Numbered from the stretch's first letter, positions 28,101 to 37,293 are shown. The stretch is 64,000 nucleotides of DNA from an uncultured Chloroflexia bacterium (GCA_963720315.1 CAVRFC010000002.1:1213167-1277166); one strand, 5' to 3'. The notes: generated by a model from the letters alone, not told the origin. Made by a program: numbers and translations.

Positions 28101-28118
28101 GTGCCGCCGGCCAAGGCG

Positions 28119-30071
28119 CTACGCCTCGACGGCTCGGCTGAGGTCCTCCTGGCGGCCCTTCTCGCGGCGTCGGTCGTGTTCCGACAGGGCCCGTTTCCGG
28201 AGGCGGATGGAGGCTGGCGTGATCTCGACCAGCTCGTCGGCCGCGATGAACTCCAGTGCCGACTCAAGGGTGAGTGCCCGCGGCGGCGTGAGGCGGAGCG
28301 ACTCGTCGTGGGAGTGGGTCCGGATGTTCGTCAGCTGCTTGGTCTTCGTCGCGTTGACGTTCATGTCGCCCGAGCGCGAGCACTCCCCGACGATCATCCC
28401 CTCGTAGACCTCGATCCCCGCCCCGATGAACAGCTCGCCTCGCTCCTCGAGGTTGAAGAGACCATACGCATTGGACGTTCCGCTCCGGTCGGCGACGAGC
28501 ACCCCGTTCGTTCGATGCGTCACCTCGCCGGCCCACGGCCCGTAGCCCTCGCCGATCTGGTGGAGCAGCGCCGTCCCACGGGTGTCGGTGAGCAGCTGGC
28601 CCCGGTAGCCGATAAGCCCGCGGACCGGCAACACGAACTCCATCCGGACGCGCCCATCAGCGTCGGTCGTCATCTGCTCGAGGCGACCCTTGCGGGCGGA
28701 GAGCGCCTCCTGGACCGCGCCGATGTAGTCGGGTGGGATGTCGATCGTGATCCGCTCGTACGGTTCGTGGGTCTGACCGTCAACGGTCCGCAACAGCACC
28801 TCCGGGCGAGAGGCAGTGATTTCGAAGCCCTCGCGCCGCATCTGCTCGAGGAGCACCGCGAGCTGGAGCTCGCCCCGGCCGCGAACTTCAAATGTGTCGC
28901 CGCTCTCGGTCAGCCGGACCTCGATCGAGACGTTGCCGAGTGTCTCTCGGTCGAGCCGGGCCTTGATCTGGCGCGAGGTGACGTACTTGCCCTCTCGCCC
29001 CGAGAGCGGCGAGGTGTTCACCCCGAACGTCATGCTGAGCGTCGGCGCGTCAACGTCGAGTCGCGGCAGGGGCCGCGGGTCGGCCGGATCGGTCAGCGTG
29101 TCGCCGATCGTCACCTCCGGAAGCCCCGCCACCGATACGATGTCGCCTGGTCCCGCCTCGGCGATGTCGATCCGCTCGATCCCGTGCGCCGTCTGGAGCG
29201 CGGTCACCGTGCCAGTGAGGGTGACGATCCGCCCGGGCTCGACTGTTCCGGCTGTGTCGTCGGCCTCCTCGCGCTGGACGGTGATTCGCTGCCCGGTTCG
29301 GATCGTTCCGTTCCAGATCCGCCCTACGGCCATCCGCCCGACATACTCGTTGGCCGACAGATTCGTCACGAGCAGCTGGAGCGGGTGATCAGGCGTGTAC
29401 GACGGCGGCGGCGTGACCTCGACGAGGATGTCGAGGAGCGGCCGCAGGTTGGCGCCGGGCTCATCGAGCTTCCTCGTCGCCGTCCCGAGCTTGGCGTTCG
29501 TGTAGACGACCGGGAACTCGATCTGGTGCTCATCGGCGCCGAGGTCCATGAAGAGCTCGTAGACCTCGTCGAGGACCTCGCCCGGTCGGGCGTCGGATCG
29601 GTCGATCTTGTTGAGGGCCACGACGACAGGCAGCCGCCGGGCCATGGCCTTCTGGAGCACGTAGCGGGTCTGAGGCAGTGGCCCTTCGGCCGCGTCGACG
29701 AGAAGCAGGACCGAGTCGACCATGAGGAGCGACCGTTCGACCTCGCCACCGAAGTCCGCGTGACCCGGCGTGTCGACGATGTTCAGCCGCACGTCGCCAT
29801 GGTCCACGGTCGTCTGCTTGGCGAGGATCGTGATCCCCTTCTCGCGCTCGAGATCGCCCGAATCCATGACCCGATCGACCACCGCCTCGTTCGAGCGGAA
29901 GGTCCCCGTCTGGCGGAGCATCGCGTCGACGAGCGTCGTCTTGCCGTGGTCCACGTGAGCGACGATGGCGATGTTCCGCAGGTCGCTGCGGATCGCGAGG
30001 TTGGGGGCGGTGGGCACGGGCGGGCGGTTCTCCAGGCGATGCGGGTCGGCCATTCTCGCACGAATGTCCAA
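28119..30071 (-). CDS. typA: Translational GTPase TypA/BipA
   Basis: ORF 28119..30071: [63 protein letters not shown]. The start could be the TTG at 30071 or the ATG at 30053. Confidence 0.9.
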   Translation of the reverse strand: MDIRARMADPHRLENRPPVPTAPNLAIRSDLRNIAIVAHVDHGKTTLVDAMLRQTGTFRSNEAVVDRVMDSGDLEREKGITILAKQTTVDHGDVRLNIVDTPGHADFGGEVERSLLMVDSVLLLVDAAEGPLPQTRYVLQKAMARRLPVVVALNKIDRSDARPGEVLDEVYELFMDLGADEHQIEFPVVYTNAKLGTATRKLDEPGANLRPLLDILVEVTPPPSYTPDHPLQLLVTNLSANEYVGRMAVGRIWNGTIRTGQRITVQREEADDTAGTVEPGRIVTLTGTVTALQTAHGIERIDIAEAGPGDIVSVAGLPEVTIGDTLTDPADPRPLPRLDVDAPTLSMTFGVNTSPLSGREGKYVTSRQIKARLDRETLGNVSIEVRLTESGDTFEVRGRGELQLAVLLEQMRREGFEITASRPEVLLRTVDGQTHEPYERITIDIPPDYIGAVQEALSARKGRLEQMTTDADGRVRMEFVLPVRGLIGYRGQLLTDTRGTALLHQIGEGYGPWAGEVTHRTNGVLVADRSGTSNAYGLFNLEERGELFIGAGIEVYEGMIVGECSRSGDMNVNATKTKQLTNIRTHSHDESLRLTPPRALTLESALEFIAADELVEITPASIRLRKRALSEHDRRREKGRQEDLSRAVEA

Positions 30072-30113
30072 CCGCCTCCCCTAGGCTGACCCGCCGGCTG
30101 CTAGCATCGACTG

Positions 30114-30833
30114 GTGACCGTCGCCGCGATCATCCTCGCCGCAAGCCCCGAATCGGCGCTCGCCGACGCGGACGGGATGCCATCGGTCCGGCGGATCGCC
30201 GACGTCGCCTGGTCCGGTGGGGCGACACCGATCATCGTCGTCGCCCACGACCCCGAGGGCACAGTCGCGACCGCTCTCGCTGGCAGTCCCGTGACCCTCG
30301 CGGAACCAGCGCCGGTCGAGATGGGCCCGGCCGGCCAGATGATCCGCGGCATCGAGGTCGCGCTCGAGAGCGTCCGCGAGACGAGCGGCGCCTTCATCTG
30401 GCCGTCGCGGATGGCCTGGGTGGGGCCGGAGACTGTGACCTCGATGATCGAGGCACACGGGCCGGCAGCCGGCTCTCTCCTGACGCCCACGTTCGAGGAC
30501 GAGGCGGGTTGGCCCGTGCTCCTGCCCCTCGAGGCCCTGCCGGCGCTGCGGGCGGTCGCGCCGGACCGGATGCCCCCGACGATCCCGGGCGATCTCGTCG
30601 CCGCGGGCGTGCCCCAGCGCCTGATCGCCCTCGGCGACCCGGGCACCACGCACGATCGCGAGACGCCCCGCGCCGAGCTGCCGCCCTACGCGGGTCCGTC
30701 AGAGCCCGCCGGCGGCCATGTCCACGAATGGGGCGCGATGCAGGCCGACGAGCCCGACGACGGCCCGCTCGAGGGCCCGGCGCTCGCGCCCTACGGCCAG
30801 GCGGCCGCGCTCGATCCCGATCAGCCCGGCTGA
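30114..30833 (+). CDS. MobA-like NTP transferase family protein (nucleotidyltransferase)
   Basis: ORF 30114..30833: MTVAAIILAA..ATPIIVVAHDPEG..WPSRMAWVGPETV..AGWPVLLP... The weakly conserved C-terminal 45 aa may be run-on sequence. The assignment is tentative. Confidence 0.55.
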   Translation: MTVAAIILAASPESALADADGMPSVRRIADVAWSGGATPIIVVAHDPEGTVATALAGSPVTLAEPAPVEMGPAGQMIRGIEVALESVRETSGAFIWPSRMAWVGPETVTSMIEAHGPAAGSLLTPTFEDEAGWPVLLPLEALPALRAVAPDRMPPTIPGDLVAAGVPQRLIALGDPGTTHDRETPRAELPPYAGPSEPAGGHVHEWGAMQADEPDDGPLEGPALAPYGQAAALDPDQPG

Positions 30834-31713
30834 CGCCGACCTGCCACGACGGGCTCCTCCGTGCGCGTTCGCGACGCTTGATCCCGGCTGGCCGCCCGCC
30901 CAGCGTGGCTACAGCGATTCCACCGACGACGAGGGCTACGCCCGCCAGCTGCGCCGGAGACGGCGCCTCTCCCAGGAGGACGATGGACAGGCCGACCGTG
31001 GCCACCGGCTGGGAGAGAAGGATGATCGATGTCAGGACGGCGGGCAGACGCGGCAGCGACAGGGAGATCAGGAGGTACCCGGCCGACTGGGACGTGATCC
31101 CGAGGAGGGCGAGCCAACCGAGGCTGGCAGGTGCCGGGAGGAGGTCGAGATCGCCGACGACGAGGCCGATCAGCGTCGCCGTCACCGCAGTCGAGGCCGT
31201 TGCGATCGCCACTGGCCCGGCCGGTCGTCGGAGGTCGTGCCCGCCGCGGCGGATGATGATCAGGTAGCCGGCGTAACAGAGCGCGGTCAGCAGCCCCAGG
31301 ACAACACCGAGCACCGGATCCGCGCCGTACGCACCGCCGCCCACGCCCGCAATGAGGGCGACGCCAACGAGGACGATCGGGATCGCGAACAGCGTCGGAT
31401 TCGTCGGTCGTTCGCCGAAGATCGCCCACGCAACGAACCCAACGACGAGCACCTGGAGATTGCCGAGCACGGTCGCCAGGCCCGCCCCGACCGCCTCGAT
31501 CGCGTGGTGCCAGAAGGTCAGGTCGCCGGCGAAAAAGATGCCGGCGATCGCGGCCAAGCGAATCGTCGCAGCGGGCATCGCCCCGAACTTGCGCCGCTCG
31601 AGGTAGGCCACGCCAAGGAGGATCGGCAGCCCGAACAGGCAACGGAACACCGTCCCGGTCGACGGCGACACATCGGCAAATTGATAGAAGATCCCCGAGA
31701 ACGCGATGCACAT
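30394..31713 (-). CDS. DMT superfamily (EamA-like) transporter; both ends uncertain
   Basis: ORF 30394..31713 has ten hydrophobic helices up to ..ALVVGGIAVATLGG (about 290 aa). It then continues as an Arg/Pro-rich tail antisense to the MobA-like gene. Upstream of the first ATG the same frame reads ..GIARRPRLAALLGA, a plausible part of helix 1, with no canonical start. Confidence 0.65.
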   Translation of the reverse strand: MCIAFSGIFYQFADVSPSTGTVFRCLFGLPILLGVAYLERRKFGAMPAATIRLAAIAGIFFAGDLTFWHHAIEAVGAGLATVLGNLQVLVVGFVAWAIFGERPTNPTLFAIPIVLVGVALIAGVGGGAYGADPVLGVVLGLLTALCYAGYLIIIRRGGHDLRRPAGPVAIATASTAVTATLIGLVVGDLDLLPAPASLGWLALLGITSQSAGYLLISLSLPRLPAVLTSIILLSQPVATVGLSIVLLGEAPSPAQLAGVALVVGGIAVATLGGRPAGIKRRERARRSPSWQVGVSRADRDRARPPGRRARAPGPRAGRRRARRPASRPIRGHGRRRALTDPRRAAARRGASRDRAWCPGRRGRSGAGARPRRRDRPGSSGASGPARPPAAPAGPRGAGARANPPRPRTWASGESRLPARVPRSSRSQSPAPPRPSATAR

Positions 31714-31814
31714 CGCACCGAGGAGCGCCGCCAGCCGCGGCCGCCGGGCAATCCCCTCGAGGGGCCACGGCAGCCCGGTCGCGGCGGCCGCAGCCTCAGG
31801 GTCCCCGCCTGTGC

Positions 31815-33713
31815 TCAGCTGCCAACCTCGACGTCGCTGCCGGATGCTGGCTTCCGAGGAGCACCGACGAACTTCAGCCCCAGCTCCTCGAGCTGGGCAA
31901 GATCGGGTGGCGACGGGGCGTCGAGCATGAGGTCCGCCCCCGACTGCGTCTTCGGGAAGGCCATTACCTCGCGGATGTTCGTCTGGCGCGAGAAGAGCGC
32001 CGCCCAGCGGTCGATACCGATCGCGATCCCGCCGTGGGGCGGCGGGCCGTAGTCGAAGGCCTCGAGCACCGCCCCGAACCGCTCGCGCATCTGCTCGAGG
32101 CTGTAGCCCTGCAGCCCGAAGCTGCGCTCGAGGAGGTCACGGCGCCAGATCCTGATCGAGCCGCCGCCCAGCTCCCAACCATTCAGCACGACGTCGTACT
32201 GCAGCGCGCGGGCACGGCCGGCGGGATCGTCCGGGCTCGGCGTCGCCGGATCGCCGGAGGCCGTGACGAGCAGATCCTCGTCGTCAGGGACCACGCCGCT
32301 GAATGGGTTGTGCGTCGCGTCCCAGCGGCCACCATCGGAATCCCACTTGTACATCGGGAAGCGGTGGACCCAGCAATAGGCCAGAACGTCGGGATCCGCG
32401 AGCCCAAGCCGTCCGCCGAGCTCCACCCGGAGCCGGCCGAGGACTTCAGCCACCACGTCCGCTGAATCGGCGACGACCAGGATGAGATCGCCCTCGTTTG
32501 CGCCTGTCTCTTCGACGATCGAGCGGGTCAGCTCCTTGGACAGGAACTTCGCGATGGGGCCCTTGATCTCGCCGCCAGCTTCGAGAGCGAGATATGCCAG
32601 GCCCTTCGCACCGAACCGCTTGGCTCGCTCGGTCAGCTCGTCGACCTCACGCCGGGTCAGGCCGGCCATGCCGGGGGCAACGATCGCCTTGACCCGGCCG
32701 GCCGACGCCAGCGTCTCGTCGAACACCCGGAAGCCCGAGGCTGCCGCACCGCTCGGGTCGACCAGCTGCGGCCCGAGATCCACCAGCTCCATCCCGAAAC
32801 GGATGTCGGGCTTGTCCGAGCCGAACCGGTTCATCGCCTCGTCGTACGTGAACCGCGGAAACGGGTCTTCTTGTATCGGCCGGTCAGGGACGGTCGCCCG
32901 CGAGACCTCGACGATCATCCGCTCGACGAAGTCCATGACCGCGCCTTCGTCGACAAAGCTCATTTCGAGGTCGAGCTGGGTGAATTCCGGCTGGCGGTCG
33001 CCGCGCAGGTCCTCATCCCGAAGGCACCGGGCGATCTGGAAGTAGCGGTCGATGCCCGCGACCATGAGGATCTGCTTGAGCTGCTGCGGACTCTGGGGCA
33101 GCGCGTAGACGGTGCCGGGCTGGAGCCGGCTCGGGACGATGAAGTCCCGGGCGCCCTCCGGCGTGCTCTTGATGAGCAACGGTGTCTCGACCTCGACGAA
33201 CTCGTTGGCGTGATGGACCTCGCGTATGGACTGGACGAGACGGCTTCGCAGCAGGAGGCGCTGCTGCATTGGCTCGCGGCGGATGTCGAGGTAGCGGTAT
33301 TTGAGCCGGAGCGATTCGTCGATCTGGGCATTCGGCTCGTTGACCGGGAACGGCGGGGTCTGCGCCTCGGACAGGAGCGTCGCGTCGGACACGCGGAGCT
33401 CGATGTCGCCCGTCGGCAGCTTGGGGTTCTCCGTGCCCTCGAGGCGCCGCGCTACTTCGCCCCCGACCGTGATCACGAACTCCGTCCGGACGCGGCTGGC
33501 GACCGCGTGAGCATCCGGTTGCTCAGTTCGGTCGACGACGACCTGGGTGATCCCGTGGCGGTCGCGAAGGTCGAGAAAGATGAGGTGCCCGAGGTCTCGT
33601 CGTCGATGGACCCAGCCCGAAAGCTTCGCCGGCGAGCCCGCATCGGCCGCCCGCAGCTGGCCGCAGGTATGGGTGCGAAAGGGCGTGGCGAGGCTCGGTG
33701 TGGCGTCGGTCAT
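31815..33713 (-). CDS. aspS: Aspartate--tRNA ligase
   Basis: Read from the ATG at 33713 in ORF 31815..33836: MTDATPSLATPFRTHTCGQLRAADAGSPAKLSGWVHRRRDLGHLIFLDLRDRHGITQVV..FQIARCLRDEDLRGDRQPEFTQLD..GGGSIRI..PPHGGIAIGIDR. Confidence 0.9.
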   Translation of the reverse strand: MTDATPSLATPFRTHTCGQLRAADAGSPAKLSGWVHRRRDLGHLIFLDLRDRHGITQVVVDRTEQPDAHAVASRVRTEFVITVGGEVARRLEGTENPKLPTGDIELRVSDATLLSEAQTPPFPVNEPNAQIDESLRLKYRYLDIRREPMQQRLLLRSRLVQSIREVHHANEFVEVETPLLIKSTPEGARDFIVPSRLQPGTVYALPQSPQQLKQILMVAGIDRYFQIARCLRDEDLRGDRQPEFTQLDLEMSFVDEGAVMDFVERMIVEVSRATVPDRPIQEDPFPRFTYDEAMNRFGSDKPDIRFGMELVDLGPQLVDPSGAAASGFRVFDETLASAGRVKAIVAPGMAGLTRREVDELTERAKRFGAKGLAYLALEAGGEIKGPIAKFLSKELTRSIVEETGANEGDLILVVADSADVVAEVLGRLRVELGGRLGLADPDVLAYCWVHRFPMYKWDSDGGRWDATHNPFSGVVPDDEDLLVTASGDPATPSPDDPAGRARALQYDVVLNGWELGGGSIRIWRRDLLERSFGLQGYSLEQMRERFGAVLEAFDYGPPPHGGIAIGIDRWAALFSRQTNIREVMAFPKTQSGADLMLDAPSPPDLAQLEELGLKFVGAPRKPASGSDVEVGS

Positions 33714-33750
33714 GGCCGGCGTATCGTACGGGAACGAGCCGCCGTTCGAC

Positions 33751-34587
33751 TCAGGGCCGCTCGTAGCGGCTTCGTCTGTCGGGAGGCGGATCAGCGGTGG
33801 TGCCCACCAGGCGCCGCCCAATTCGTCCGCCAACATTGGCCCCGATCAATCCCGCACCGACAGTCCCGAGGATGAGCGGCATGACGACCGCGAGTGGATG
33901 GAGCTGGGTGGCGAGGATCGCGGCGCCGACCGCGACAGCCGCGACGATGGCGGTCACGAGCTGGAAGGCGACGACGATGGCGGGCGCTCGGAGCTGCCTG
34001 ACCTGTCCGGCGATCGCTGCGCCCTTCCAGCTCTCGCCCGCCGCGTCGCGCCGCATCCCGAGCCAGAAGCCACCGAGCGTGAACAACAGCACCCCGGCGA
34101 GGCAGACAAACAGCCACGGCTGGTAGGCACCGTCATAGCCCTGGTGGCGCCAGTACGCGATCTCCTCGTCCATCGCCCGCTGGCCGTTGGCCCAGAGGAT
34201 CAGCGCGGCAGGCCCCAGGATGAGCGGCGCCCGTCGGATGAGCGGGTCCTTCGAATCGACGGCGGATCGGTTGAAGGTGAGCACGCAGAGGACAACGGCG
34301 ATGATGGCGATCAGCAAGCCGTCGGCAAATCCGGTCCAGCCCGTCCGGATCAGGTCGCCCGGACCTCGGCTGCGCGCGGCCCATGGCAGCAACGACGTGA
34401 CGATCGCGACGATCGATCCGATCGCGACGAGCGTCCGTGGCGGGTCGCGGAGGAGGTTCGGCTCGGGCGGGAACTCTGCGGGCCTCGCCTCGAGGAGCCG
34501 CGCCACGGCCGGGTCGATCTCTCGACGCGTTCGCGCGCCGCTCCCCGCGGCATTCGGCGCTCCAGCATCCGGGGTCCGGTCGGTCAT
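33751..34587 (-). CDS. Hypothetical polytopic membrane protein
   Basis: Read from the ATG at 34587 in ORF 33751..34725: MTDRTPDAG.., followed by six or more clear hydrophobic helices (TLVAIGSIVAIVTSLLPW, LLIAIIAVVLCVLTF, WLFVCLAGVLLFTLGGFWLG ..). Confidence 0.6.
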   Translation of the reverse strand: MTDRTPDAGAPNAAGSGARTRREIDPAVARLLEARPAEFPPEPNLLRDPPRTLVAIGSIVAIVTSLLPWAARSRGPGDLIRTGWTGFADGLLIAIIAVVLCVLTFNRSAVDSKDPLIRRAPLILGPAALILWANGQRAMDEEIAYWRHQGYDGAYQPWLFVCLAGVLLFTLGGFWLGMRRDAAGESWKGAAIAGQVRQLRAPAIVVAFQLVTAIVAAVAVGAAILATQLHPLAVVMPLILGTVGAGLIGANVGGRIGRRLVGTTADPPPDRRSRYERP

Positions 34588-34620
34588 GGCTCGCGTATCG
34601 TATCGGAGCGGATTCGATCG

Positions 34621-35004
34621 CCCGATCTCTCGGCCAACCTGCGCTTCGCCGATACGTTCTTCGACGAGCGGATTCGAACGGAAGTCGACGCGATCATCGA
34701 GGCGGCGGGCATCGATGCCCCGCACGACGACCGGGAACCATTCGACTTCGAGCCGCCGGAGGTCCCGGAGCTCGATCTCCCGGCCGAGGGCGTTTCGACG
34801 GTCCTCTGGACGAGCGGGTACCGGCTGGCTTTCAGCTGGATCGACCTACCGATCTTCGACGAGCAAGGCGCGCCACGTCACCTCCGCGGCGTTACCGAGG
34901 TGCCTGGGCTCACGTTCCTCGGCCTGCCGTGGCAGCTGAACCAAACTTCAGCCACGTTCGTCGGCGTGGCCGGCGACGCACGGTACCTCGCCGAGCGCTG
35001 GTAA
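34621..35004 (+). pseudogene. 3' remnant of a flavin-dependent monooxygenase/NAD(P)-binding oxidoreductase (CzcO/FMO-like) gene
   Basis: Only the last 127 codons of ORF 33547..35004 look like protein: ANLRFADTFFDERIRTEVDAIIEAAGIDAP..VSTVLWTSGYRLAFSWIDLPIFDEQGAPRHLRGVTEVPGLTFLGLPWQL..VGVAGDARYLAERW. This is the typical C-terminus of a family of about 400 aa. There is no in-frame start for this part, and upstream it is overlapped by a real minus-strand gene. Confidence 0.5.
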
Positions 35005-35017
35005 CAGGGGCAAGAAA

Positions 35018-35052
35018 AACCGGGTCGAGGCTCGACGAGCCTCGACCCGGTT
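35018..35052. terminator. Perfect 17-bp inverted repeat between convergent genes (bidirectional terminator candidate)
   Basis: AACCGGGTCGAGGCTCG-a-CGAGCCTCGACCCGGTT is preceded by an A-run (GAAAAA) on the plus strand. It sits between the stops at 35004 (+) and 35064 (-). Confidence 0.6.
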
Positions 35053-35063
35053 GGACTCAGCGG

Positions 35064-35771
35064 TTACCCGCCGTGCTTCTTGCCGTGGCTCTTTGCCTTG
35101 TCGGCGTGGTTCTTGGCTCGCTCGGCCTTGGCGGCGGCCTTCGCCTCGTCCCTGGCGGCCTTCGCCGCGTCCTTGGCTGCCTGATCCTTCTTCGCGGCCT
35201 CGCTGACGGCGCCGCCGTGGTTGCAGTTCTTGCCGCCCACGGCGTCCTTGTCCTGGGCCACCTTCGAGACGGCCTTGCCGTGCGCGTTCGGGGCCGTGTC
35301 GACCGGCTCGTCGGCTACCGGCTCCTCGACCACCGGCTCTTCGACCACGGGCACCGTCTCGCACACCACGGGCTCCTCTGCAGGATCCACCGTGTCCTCG
35401 GTCGGCTCTTCGCTGTGCGCAACGATGCTGACGTATCCGCCGTGGTTGCAATTCGTGCCGCCGATGCGATCACTCTGCGCCGCTTCCGACGTGGAGATGA
35501 CGCCGTCGTCATTCAGGTCGACAGCCTCTTGGGCCGCTGCCGCGTCGTCTTCATTCGCCTGGACATCGTCGTCGCAATCGTCATCCACGCCGTCGCCGTC
35601 GAGGTCCTCGAACGTGAGGGTCGTGTCGGCGTCTGCAGGCGGAGCCTCGTCGACCTGGGGAGTCGTAATCGCCGTGACGAGGGCCGCGGCCGCCACCACG
35701 CCGCTGAGCGACAGGGCGAGTAGCACCGCCCCGCCTCCTGCCAGCCAGGTGGAACGCAGTCGTGTGAGCAT
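35064..35771 (-). CDS. Secreted hypothetical protein with duplicated GGxNCNHGGxVS motif, acidic repeats and Lys/Ala-rich tail
   Basis: ORF 35064..35780; I prefer the ATG at 35771 (MLTRLRSTWLAGGGAVLLALSLSGVVAAAALVTA, a signal peptide). Motifs are IGGTNCNHGGYVSIVAHS and VGGKNCNHGGAVSEAAKK. It also has EEPVVEEPVVEEPVADEPV repeats and a C-terminal ..AKDAAKAARDEAKAAAKAERAKNHADKAKSHGKKHGG. Confidence 0.65.
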   Translation of the reverse strand: MLTRLRSTWLAGGGAVLLALSLSGVVAAAALVTAITTPQVDEAPPADADTTLTFEDLDGDGVDDDCDDDVQANEDDAAAAQEAVDLNDDGVISTSEAAQSDRIGGTNCNHGGYVSIVAHSEEPTEDTVDPAEEPVVCETVPVVEEPVVEEPVADEPVDTAPNAHGKAVSKVAQDKDAVGGKNCNHGGAVSEAAKKDQAAKDAAKAARDEAKAAAKAERAKNHADKAKSHGKKHGG

Positions 35772-35830
35772 CAGATACAACGCCTCTTCTTCGCCCCGGA
35801 CTCAATGAGTGCGATCCCGGCGATGGCCGG

Positions 35831-35848
35831 AAAAGGGGACTTGTCCCC
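35831..35848 (-). terminator. Weak intrinsic terminator candidate downstream of hisS
   Basis: The minus strand reads GGGGAC-AA-GTCCCC followed by TTTT. Two further GC-rich hairpins precede it (GGGGCAA..TTGCCCC). The stem is short, so confidence is low. Confidence 0.3.
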
Positions 35849-36006
35849 TGCCCCAAGTATCGGGGCCCGGGGCAAGCCCGGCGACCCGTACGTTCTTCTC
35901 GGGCCCTTTGCCCCTAACCCAACGCGTGGGCTGGTACGAACCGACGACATGGGGAGCGGTACGGGGTACTGCGGTTCGGTGCGACCGATCAACGGGAATT
36001 CGAATC

Positions 36007-37293
36007 CTACCCGTGGCGATGCGACGTGGTCGCCCGCGAGAGCTCCCGTTCGAGGTCCTCGACACCGACGATGCGCTGGGTACCGGCCTGCAGATCCTTG
36101 AGCTGAACCTGCCCGTCCGCAAGCTCGTCGCCGAGGATGATCGCGAAGTGGGCACCCTCCTTCGACGCCGCCTCGAGCTGTCGTCCGAGCTTGCGGTGGC
36201 CGAGGTCGGCCCGCACTGCCAGTCCCGCCCCTCGCAGATCCGTGGCGACACGCAGCCGCTCGGCGGACGCAGCGGGATCGGCACCGACGACGACCGCGAC
36301 CGGGGCCGGCTCGGGGCGCGGCGCGACGCCTTCGGCCGCCAGCGCAAGCAGCACGCGATCGAGACCGACACCGAACCCGATGCCGGGCGTCGGCCGACCG
36401 CCGAGCAGTTCGACCAGCCCGTCGTAGCGACCGCCGCCACCGAGCGCCGATTGCTGGCCGCCGCCACTCCTGGGAAAGAACTCGAAGGCGGTCCGAGTGT
36501 AGTAATCGAGGCCGCGAACGAGCCCTGGATCCAGGGTGTAACTGATCCCGAGCGCCGCGAGGTGGGCACGGACGCCGGCAAAGTGTTCCGCGCAGGCGTC
36601 GCACAGGCGGTCGGTGATCTTTGGCGCCGCAGCGTTCAGCTCGACCATCGCCGGATCCTTGGAGTCGAGCAGCCGCAGGACGTTCCGTTCGAGGCGGTCC
36701 CGCTCGACCGGCGGCAACCGATCCACGTTGGCCCGGTAGAAGGCGGTCAGCTCCTCGACGTAGGCCGGGCGGCAGGCGGCGTCGCCGATCGAGTTCAACC
36801 TGACCTCGACATCGGTCAGCCCGACGTCCCGATAGAAGCGCAGAGCGAGCTCGATGAGCTCCGCATCGATCGCCGGGCCGGGATCGCCGATGGCCTCGAC
36901 GTCGAACTGCCAGAACTCGCGGTACCGACCGGCCTGGGGTCGGTCGTAGCGGAACATGGGCCCGGTCATCGTGAGTTTCACGGGCTGCGGCAGCGTATGC
37001 ATCCCGTGCTGGACGTAGGCCCGGACGATGCCCGCGGTCGGCTCCGGGCGGAGGGCCCAGGACTCGGACTCCTCGTTTCGTGCGGCCAGCCGGAAGAGCT
37101 CCTTCTCGACGACGTCCGTCACCTCGCCGACGCCGCGCTCAAACACCGCGGTCTGCTCGAACAGCGGCGTCTCGATCTCGCGGTAGCCGTAGCGGCCGGC
37201 GAGGTCCGTGGCGACGGTCTCGAGACGGCGGAAGGCGGCCCGCTCGGCGGGGAGGAGATCGCGTGTCCCGCGGGGAGCCTGGAAGTCCGGCAC
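36007..37293 (-). CDS. hisS: Histidine--tRNA ligase
   Basis: ORF 36007..37293: MPDFQAPRGTRDLLPAERAAFRRLETVATDLAGRYGYREIETPLFEQTAVFERGVGE..FRYDRPQAGRYREFWQFDVE..GGGRYDGLVE. Confidence 0.9.
   Translation of the reverse strand: MPDFQAPRGTRDLLPAERAAFRRLETVATDLAGRYGYREIETPLFEQTAVFERGVGEVTDVVEKELFRLAARNEESESWALRPEPTAGIVRAYVQHGMHTLPQPVKLTMTGPMFRYDRPQAGRYREFWQFDVEAIGDPGPAIDAELIELALRFYRDVGLTDVEVRLNSIGDAACRPAYVEELTAFYRANVDRLPPVERDRLERNVLRLLDSKDPAMVELNAAAPKITDRLCDACAEHFAGVRAHLAALGISYTLDPGLVRGLDYYTRTAFEFFPRSGGGQQSALGGGGRYDGLVELLGGRPTPGIGFGVGLDRVLLALAAEGVAPRPEPAPVAVVVGADPAASAERLRVATDLRGAGLAVRADLGHRKLGRQLEAASKEGAHFAIILGDELADGQVQLKDLQAGTQRIVGVEDLERELSRATTSHRHG

Noticed and set aside
35985-36012. A tRNA-like TTCGAATCC string at the hisS stop.
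   Set aside because: The flanks pair as ACGGG/CCCGT around a 13-nt loop rather than a 5-bp T-stem with a 7-nt loop. No acceptor, D or anticodon arms could be drawn on either strand.
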